Of a DNA stretch of 64,000 nt, positions 55,606 to 64,000 are shown one piece after another. The stretch lies in assembly GCA_964016885.1 (NCBI GenBank), contig OZ024743.1, forward strand, positions 277,512,001 to 277,576,000, given 5' to 3'. A model generated the notes under the pieces. The model ran no database searches. It had not been told where the DNA came from and saw only the letters and a program-made list of their open reading frames with translations. The translations under genes and the position numbers were made by a program. This DNA comes from Eledone cirrhosa (taxonomy: Eukaryota). The stretch's first letter is position 1; each line of letters begins with the position of its first letter.

Positions 55606-57031
55606 AGTCCATCGTCACGGTATATTCCCGTGTGGAAGTCCGGGAATCTAACACGTAATATGTCTAAAATAAATAGGCCAACCAGTGTCGCATACGTCAG
55701 CACTGCCAAACGATCTCATGGAGACATCGAATAGGTCTGAAGTAGTTGACTTCTTTGCCCAGGCTACTCCGAGCAGAGCTACTAGCCTGGGCAAAGAAGT
55801 CAATAACTTCAGACCTATTCGACGTCTCCATGGGATCGTTTGACAGTGCTGACGTATGCGACTTGGTTGGCCTATTTATTTTAGATATATTACGTGTTAG
55901 ATTCCCGGACTTCCACACGGGAATATACCGCGACGATGGACTGACCTTATCGAGCCATAAAAGTGGTCACGACCTCGACCGGTTTAAAAAAGACTTAGCT
56001 TCTACCTTCAATGAGTTAGAACTTAGGACAACAGTAGCTACCAACCTCTCTAGCGTAGATTTCTTAGACATTAATTTAGACCTTGGCACACACACCTACA
56101 AACCCTTCCATAAGCTAAACGAAACACTCAATTACATTCACAAGGACTCATGCCACCCTCCCACTGTTTTTAGAAACTTCGTAAATAATATTAGTACTAG
56201 AATCTCAAACCTCTCCTCTAAGACAGGGCGGCACCATACTATAACACGGCGTTAGCTAACAGCGGCTTCTCGCAACCTATCACTTACTCTCCCACTATCA
56301 ACAACAGTAATAAGAAAAGAAAACGTAACAATAGACAAACTATCTGGTTCTCTCCTCCCTTCTCAGTCAACGTTAAAACCAATGTAGGCAAAACATTTCT
56401 AGCCCTCTTAGATAGACACTTTCCCATAAGTCATAAATACCGCTCCATCTTTAACCGACACAAAGTAAAACTAGGATACTCCTGCGCTAAGAACATGAAG
56501 GCCCACATCACCACCAGTAGCTCTACCCGTAGGCCCGAAGCTTGTCCCCTTCAACAGCAATGCAATACACCCGCTGTAGTTTATGAAGCTGTGGTCACTT
56601 CCAACCGACCAAATCAACCACAGGTGGTCAAATCCTATGTGGGTATGGGGGAGGGCCGATTTAAGGAACGTTTCCTGAACCACCAGTCGACCTTTAGGTA
56701 TCCGGACAGACGTCATCCACGAAACTCGCGAGCCACGTATGGTCCCTCAAGGACTCAGGTATAGACTACTCCATTCAATGGAAAGCCATCACTAAGTCCA
56801 AGCCACACGCAAGGAGCAATCCGTCGTGTGGACTATGTATTGATGAACGAATAAATATTCTAAAGAGATTACGCAATAGTGATTGCCTAAACACGAGAAA
56901 TGAATTCTTCATACGTTGTCCACACGTCTGGAAACACCTCTTACATAACTACAAAGCTCCGGATGGAATTACAACAACATCCTAATTTTCTTATCAACTA
57001 GAAACTTTTCGGACTTTCGTACTTATCTCCC
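55606..57031 (+). mobile_element. Penelope-like element, probably Naiad-type, 5'-truncated with an inverted 5' arm
   Basis: MGSFDSADVCDLVGLFIL, GIYRDDGL, VDFLDINLDL (RT); CPLQQQC..VVYEA..YVGMGEGRFKERFLNH..CGLCIDER..LNTRNEFFIRCPH (GIY-YIG), stop at 56985; inverted arms 55606-55766 / 55783-55942. Confidence 0.82.
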
Positions 57032-59010
57032 TTACACCTCTCGCACGCATTTTAGTATTGCCTGTGTGAAGTGATCGTTTCTGCACACGCACGTGTGTGT
57101 GTGGTGTTTAAGCGTGTTGTGGGTGTAGGTGGCGTGTGGGAAAAAAATTATGTTTGGGTGTGTGTGTGGGTGAGTCATAAAGGTGATTCCGTAAGAAGAT
57201 GTAGTGGAATGCTTTGTAAAATCCTTGGATGTGGTGGATTCCGGGATCAAGGTTCACATACGTGTAATCCGTGAAGAGATTGGTCGGAAGAGGGGAGATG
57301 TGGGGTGCGCGCGCAACAGGAAGTGGCCAAGGCAGGAGGAGTGTTGTGTGTCTGTGTGTGCGGGGAGGTGGTCAGAGGGCATAGCAGCAGTAGGGTAGAA
57401 TGGTAAGTGAAGGTGTGTTATGTGTCTGTGTGTGCTGGGAGGTGGTCAGAGGGCATAGCAGCAGTAGGGTAGAATGGTAAAGAGGAGAGGATGGGTAGGT
57501 GTGAAAGTTGGAGTGAGGAGGGGGTGTGTGTCTATAAGTAGAGGTGTTAGTGGGATGAGTGAGTGTTTGAGAAAGGGTGTGAGTGGAGCGGGGAGAGAAG
57601 GGTGTGGGGGTCGATGGAGGGAGTGTGTGTTTGGTGAAGGGGGTGTTAGTGGGTGTTAGTATACAGGAGGTGGAGAAAGGGTTGAATGCGGGTGTGAGTG
57701 GGGGCCAGTGGTGGTAGGGTGTGTAGAGTGGGTGGTGTAAGAGGGTGTGTGTGTACGTGTGCGTAGGGTTGGGGGTGTTAGTGATGTTAGTTGCGTGTAG
57801 GGTGGGTGGTGTAAGTGGGTGTGTGTGTTCGTATGCTTGGGGTCAATGGGTGTTAGTGATGTTAGTTGCGGGGTGGTGGGGTGGATGTGTGGGGGTGAGG
57901 GTTAGTGGTGGTAGTAGGGTGTGTGTTTAGTGTGAGCGCGTGTATATATGTGCCGGTGGGTGTGTGCGTGTGATAAGGAGGGGGAGGGGAAGAAGGGAGG
58001 GATGTTAGAATGTTAGTTGGGGAAGGGTGGTCGGATGTGGGTGAGTGGAGGTGTTAGTATTGTTAGTTGTGGGGTGGGCGGTGAAAAGGAGGGGTGTGTT
58101 AGTGGTGTTAGTGGGGGATATATGTGGGGGGAGGGGGCGGTCGAAGGCTAAAGGAATAAGGGTGGGGTGTTCAGGCCGCGGGGAGTGTGGGTCTGTAAGA
58201 TGAAGATGGTTCGTTGTTCAACTCTTAGGATATTGGCGGGTGTTCCGTGGCATTGGAGTAGGACACAGACTGTGAGATGACGTGCGGAATGTCCAGGGGC
58301 ACCAAAGTGGCGGGCGATGGGGGAACTACCACCGAGACGAATATCCCGGAGGTGCTCAGTAAATCTGTCCGCCAGGCGACGTCCAGTCTGTCCGACGTAA
58401 GTCGCGCTGCACTCCGTGCAGCGAAGTCCGTAGACTAGGTAGGAGGAGGTGCAGCGGAAGGCATGCCGGACAGAGAGTGAGTGGCCGTTGGGACCCTGGA
58501 AGGTGGTGGTGTTGGTGATGTGGGGACAGGTGTTGCAGCGAGGCCTAGAACAGGGAAAGAACCGGGGGGCGTGGGTTGGGGGGTAGGGAGCTGTGGACGA
58601 GGAGGGTGCGGAGATTGGTTGCGCGTTTGAAGGAGGGGAGTGGTGGGGCTGGGAAGATGTGGGAGGTGGAGGGGTCGGACTGGAGGCGTCGGAAGAGGCA
58701 GAGGATGGTGCGGTGGAGGGGTATGGTGGAGGGGTGGTAGGTGATGGGGAAGGGGAGACGGTGGGTGGTTGTGCGGTGGCGTGGGGTGAGGGTGGTGGAG
58801 CGGTGGACAGCACGGGCGCGGGTGAGAGCGGTGTGGACGAGGGGGGGTAACCTCTGCGGATGAAATGGCTGACTAGGGAAAGGGCCTGGGACTCAAAGTC
58901 GGCATCTCGGCTACAGAGGCGGCGGATCCTGAGGAGTTGGGAGTAGGGAATAGTGTTTAGTGTGTGTGGGGTGGGAAGAGGTGAAGTCGAGGTAAGAGTG
59001 GGAGTCGGTG
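57032..59010 (-). mobile_element. Penelope-like element (Neptune-type) 3' part, tail-to-tail with the previous one
   Basis: IPYSQLLRIRRLCS...FIRRGYP; CSRPRCNTC; LVYGLRCTECSATYVGQTGRRLADRFTEH...PRGLN (stop at 58148); C/A-rich 3' region. Confidence 0.85.
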
Positions 59011-59521
59011 GGTTTGACTATCAGTGTAGTATTTACTTAGGTGTACACTTAAACCAAACATACACAAGAATAGGCATACAGTTGCAAATATATTCACAGG
59101 TCTATATACACAATATATTAATTTATATACACGTTTACACAATTCGTTGTCTCTCTGTACTGTATATACTCTCTGTACTATATATACAGATATAAATTTA
59201 TCGAACACTTCGCTGGTTTACCTTACGACTTAGTATATATGAACATTAACTACCAACATGGTCGGTAATAATATGCAAATTAGCTCGTCTATATCGGAAT
59301 ACTTGTGACTAAGTGACAGGATACACGAGTCCCTCATTTACTTTGTGGTTATTTAAATGTTATACATATTTTCTGATTAAAACCAAATTGGTTTAGAAAT
59401 CGGTTAAAGATATTTATCGATTTGTTTTTCAATCTGCTAAGCATATATTTAGTATATTTACATGCCTATATACGCAATGTGTAAATTTATAAGTGCATTT
59501 ACTCAATGGCAGTTACTGCTT

Positions 59522-59735
59522 TCCTGGCTGAGTGGTTAGAGAATTGGATTCAGAATCGGGAGATTATGAGTTCGATTCCTGGACCGGGCGATGCGTTATG
59601 TCCTTGGGCAAGACATTTTATTTCCCGTTGCTCCTTCTACCTGGAGTTGCGACCGATTGATAGTATTAGCAATTGGAAAGACCAACGGAAACATTGTTTC
59701 CTCGGTCTGATTTGACAAATGTCAATCGACTGTCG
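59522..59735 (+). mobile_element. tRNA-derived SINE, second family (CORE-like)
   Basis: TGGCTGAGTGGTTAG A-box, GAGTTCGATTCC B-box, TGTCCTTGGGCAAGACATTT core-like motif. Confidence 0.75.
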
Positions 59736-62332
59736 ATATATGTACACACACACACACGCACAATATATATATATAGGGGTGGGGTGTGTATATTCTTGTT
59801 ATATATATATATATTTATAGGGGTGGGGGGTGTATATTCTTATATATATATATATATACTGTATATATATATATATATATTATAGTGCTTATGATGTGGC
59901 ACCATTTCAATATATAAATGACTTATCATGGCTCTCAATATTGCATAAACTTTGTAACAATGGTGCTTTGGAACTATATTTATCAACCGGTCCCGTTAAT
60001 ATATTAGTCATTACTAAATCATCTTTCGGCAGTATTTGTTCATTCCTTCTGCCAACCCATACTTCGTTTCCTTGATTTACATGAAAAAAAAAAATGTTAC
60101 AGGGTTTTTTTCCCCCTACTACTATTATTATTCACTTTAACGTTAAATGAACTCCAAACGATATGGGTCTCATATTGACTATCGACGTCCAGACACATTT
60201 AACAGAATGAATGATGCAGGTAGTTGAATGAGTTTGATGTATAATCTGATATGTTTATAGGCAACTTTACTGGCCACACTCAATGTTGGCTCGTCGGCCG
60301 AACAAACTGTATTGTTGTTACAGCTTACATCTTTGTAGGTTTCGATGACCGCCTCTGAGGATCATCTCATATGCGACTACTTCGATGTTTTAATGATGAG
60401 GAACACTGTTCTATTATGTCATTATTTCTCTGGTTGGCGGGAGTTGGAATTTGAATTTAGAGCGCACAAACTGGAACAAATACCTCAAGTCATCCTGTCC
60501 ATCACACTAAATATTCCAGTAATTCACCGTTCTGAACTAGTACGTAATTTATCAATCCCGAAAGAATGAAACTTCAAACTGAACACAGCGGGATTTGAAC
60601 GTAGAGCGCAAAGACTTAGAACAATTACCGCATGAAATGTAATCTGTCTCTTTAATGGTTCTGTCAATTCATCGCCTTTCCTCTCGGGTCTTAAATGGTG
60701 AGACTACGAGAAATATTAATATTATGTAATAAACTAAAGTGTAATGATAGAGTTAAAACTGAGAATAAATAGGCTGTCCTGATTTTACCTTTATAGCCAC
60801 GAGTAAAGATGTTATGGCATTCATGTTATTCTCAACAACATTCGTCATGCAAATGAATTGATTCTCTTTCACTTGATAGTCGAAGATACTCATTGGGTTT
60901 TTCTCAATATGAATTTAAGCTTTCTAGGCCTGTTGTCCATGTTCAATATCAATTTGACTTCATCAAAGTGTGCGCCCGCGTGACTTATATGTATGCATGG
61001 GGATGGAAGAGTGAAAAGGGGACAGATAGAGAGAAAGGGAGAGATAGAGAGAGAGAAAGAATGAGGTATAGAGAAAGAGGGAGAGATGGAGATATAGAGA
61101 TAAAGACAGAGTGAGAGAGAGTGAATGTCATTTGAATACGTAACAGTAAATTTTCTGAAGCAGATGATGGGAATGACGGTGGTGATGTTGGTGTTGCGGT
61201 AATTCTCCTAGTTGTCTCTAGACTGTCCTCTAGCCTATTATATCACACACAATTGTAGACATGTAGAAAAAGAAAGAACTAATAAGATCTCATCTTATTG
61301 AGAATACATAGTATTTTTTGTGGCATTCCAATACATCCTTAAATCCAATGTCAACAAAATGAAATTTTAGCTATTCCGGCTTCAGCTAAATTATGAAAGA
61401 TAAGATCGGGTAAACTAACTTAAAATAAGAAATAAATTTAAACATAAAATCAAGGCATGTTCATTCCGAAATGGCTTCCACCCGCCCTCATCTCCGTTTT
61501 GTTTTTCATTTCAAATTTGAACCACTTTTCTCTTGAGTATCAATACGACTTGAATAGTATCATTGTTTTCTCGGCCATTGCTGTGATAAAACAACAACAG
61601 CAACAATAAAAACAACAAACAAACAACCGAACAAAGAAAGCCAATAAAAATCCAACAACTGTTGCAACAACAACGAAAATTCGCCTTTCATTAGTTTAAA
61701 ACCGTAATGGCTGCTCTAAAAGCGCACTGACAATATGGCGGCTCAATAATAACACGCTCGGGGTTTCCAACATATCTCAATGCCCGAAAGTTATTATCGA
61801 TCTTCCAAATTGATCGTCTGAATTGATCACTGTATAGCTTAATTTTGCCCAACACACGCATAGAAAAAAAAACTACTAAAGAACAAAACAAAACAAAACA
61901 AACGAAAACAACACCAAAAAATACATACAAACTACAGCTATAAAATGTATAAAAATATTGAAAACAAAACAAAGCGAAACTCATTTGAAAAGAGGTTTTG
62001 ATGGATGTGATGCAAATATTATTTTGTCTGTAATTCATATAAAAAATGTTGAGGTAATTTTTATTCAATGTAGAAGCAACCATTATTGATTTCTTTTTTC
62101 GCTTAGTGACATTAAGCGCCATTTTGTGTTGTTGTTGTTGTTGTTGTTGTTGTTGCTGTTGTTATTTTATTTGTATAATTGTATGTATACTCCTTTGCAG
62201 TGGTCAATGGTAAAATACTGGTAACATTGCATGTAGCGGAATAAGGAGAATGCTGACGCTTATATACACATATCTCTCATTAACTCTCTATGCTCACGTA
62301 CGCATGTGGAGGTATATGTCTTTGCATGACCG

Positions 62333-62378
<46 letters not shown>

Positions 62379-62451
62379 ATGAAAGATTGAAGAATAAAAT
62401 GGTCGGCTGTACAAAAAGGTTTTATTTCTATATATATGTATATATGTATGC

Positions 62452-62503
<52 letters not shown>

Positions 62504-62547
62504 AAATAAAATAAAAGTCAAATGATTAAAATTTAGCTTCGTTTATT

Positions 62548-62604
62548 ACTGCTATATATATATTTCAGTGTCAGCCATCTTTGGCTGTGACCTCTTCAGG
62601 CAGT
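62548..62604 (-). ncRNA. Type I hammerhead ribozyme motif (family H2)
   Basis: Minus strand: ACTGC CTGAAGA GGT-CA-CAGCCA AAGA TGGCTG-AC-ACT GAAA TATATATA TA GCAGT; all three stems can form. Confidence 0.75.
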
Positions 62605-62870
62605 TTGAATTAGTATGGTATAGACAAGTACATATGTGGTTTAGGTGTATAATATTGTCAATACTCTGATATGCCCAGTTCCCTGTTGGGTTGTTAATTC
62701 ACTGAGGAACTGAAATATATATAGCAGTAATAAACGAAGCTAAATTTTAATCATTTGACTTTTATTTAACTTTATTTTACACTACTCCGGAGTAACCAAA
62801 CCAACCTGCGCACTTCGTCGAGTGCTCCAGGCTGCATACTGAGGTGTTGGTATACAACCAACATAAACTC

Positions 62871-62985
<115 letters not shown>

Positions 62986-63477
62986 ATAGAAAAGTCAACA
63001 AGGAAAAAACACAGAAGAAAAATTCAATATAATGCTGTTATATTACTTTAACGTCGCGTGATACATTTGGAAAAGAATCTGAACGTTTCGGACTGTAGTC
63101 CTTTATTGGAAGATGGAAAGAGAGAGAAAAAGAAAAAGAAAGATAGAATAGAGTAAAAAGGAAAACTTTTTGTAGTGCTTCACACGATTAAACACTAAGG
63201 ACTAACTATATAAGTCTAGAAAAGTGTACAGATTAAGCCATATAAGTATTACAGTATCTATGTGATTATATCCATATCCTGAGTTCGTCCTCCCACCTGG
63301 GCTGATACAATCGATTTCCACTGGATATAATGCAGCACCTGAACATTTCACACTATTCTCTAAGGTTCACAGGTATCCACTGTGTAGAGCTTTAGCTACA
63401 GACGTATCCCCTCACGCAAACACATATGCATACATCATACACTTACACAAGTACACACGCACGCACAGAGAGAGAGG

Positions 63478-63566
<89 letters not shown>

Positions 63567-64000
63567 TCACAGAGTATCTCACATGGATATATGGATATAA
63601 TGTTTCAGCAAAGTTTGAAGACAATTAACGGATGGAAAGTGAAAATAATGAAGGCAACAGAGAAATCCTGGTCATGAGCTGTTTACGATTGTACAGATTG
63701 GCAATTATGGACAGTATTGTATTTTAACTCGATGGAATGCGCCGTACTAAATCTATCATTTCTAGGAAATAGACGAACGAACAAAATCATGAAATAAACG
63801 AACATACAACATGAACAGGACTCTATTTGAGAAACCAAATGAGTAGTTGTGTGAAACATTTCTAACATAAAAGTATTAAAAATGTCAATGAGGCAACTGA
63901 AAATTGAAGCCTTGAGTAGTCGACTCAACGGCAAGACTATCTTGCGCTTCTGCTATACAATATTTGCCTGAGTAGATATGAAATAAAGAAGTAATAAAAC

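Overview
Repeat-dominated eukaryotic genomic DNA with no recognisable host protein-coding exon. The SINE and repeat content resembles octopod cephalopods (inference). The dominant features are two head-to-tail clusters of Tx1/L1-clade non-LTR retrotransposons. One cluster is embedded in (TATC)n (6.9-14.0 kb: one full-length copy plus three 3' fragments). The other is embedded in (ATT)n (35.2-47.0 kb: two full-length copies). Also present: Penelope-like element fragments (two Neptune-type GIY-YIG, one Naiad-type RT/GIY-YIG) with inverted 5' segments, several type I hammerhead ribozyme motifs, R4/Dong-like, RTE and CR1-like LINE relics, about 15 tRNA-derived SINE copies, three MITE-like elements and abundant microsatellites. 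Most of the ORF track is microsatellite or antisense noise. Main observations: (1) the Tx1 copies carry a 5' splice-donor consensus on the ORF1 stop and mostly a CCTGTAG|G acceptor on the ORF2 stop, so ORF2 could be spliced out as an intron while nearly regenerating the ORF1 C-terminus; (2) microsatellite target and tail choice tracks the endonuclease loop sequence; (3) the local SINE 3' end resembles the Tx1 3' end; (4) a covarying hammerhead family is present. All alignments were made by eye and the mechanisms are inferred.
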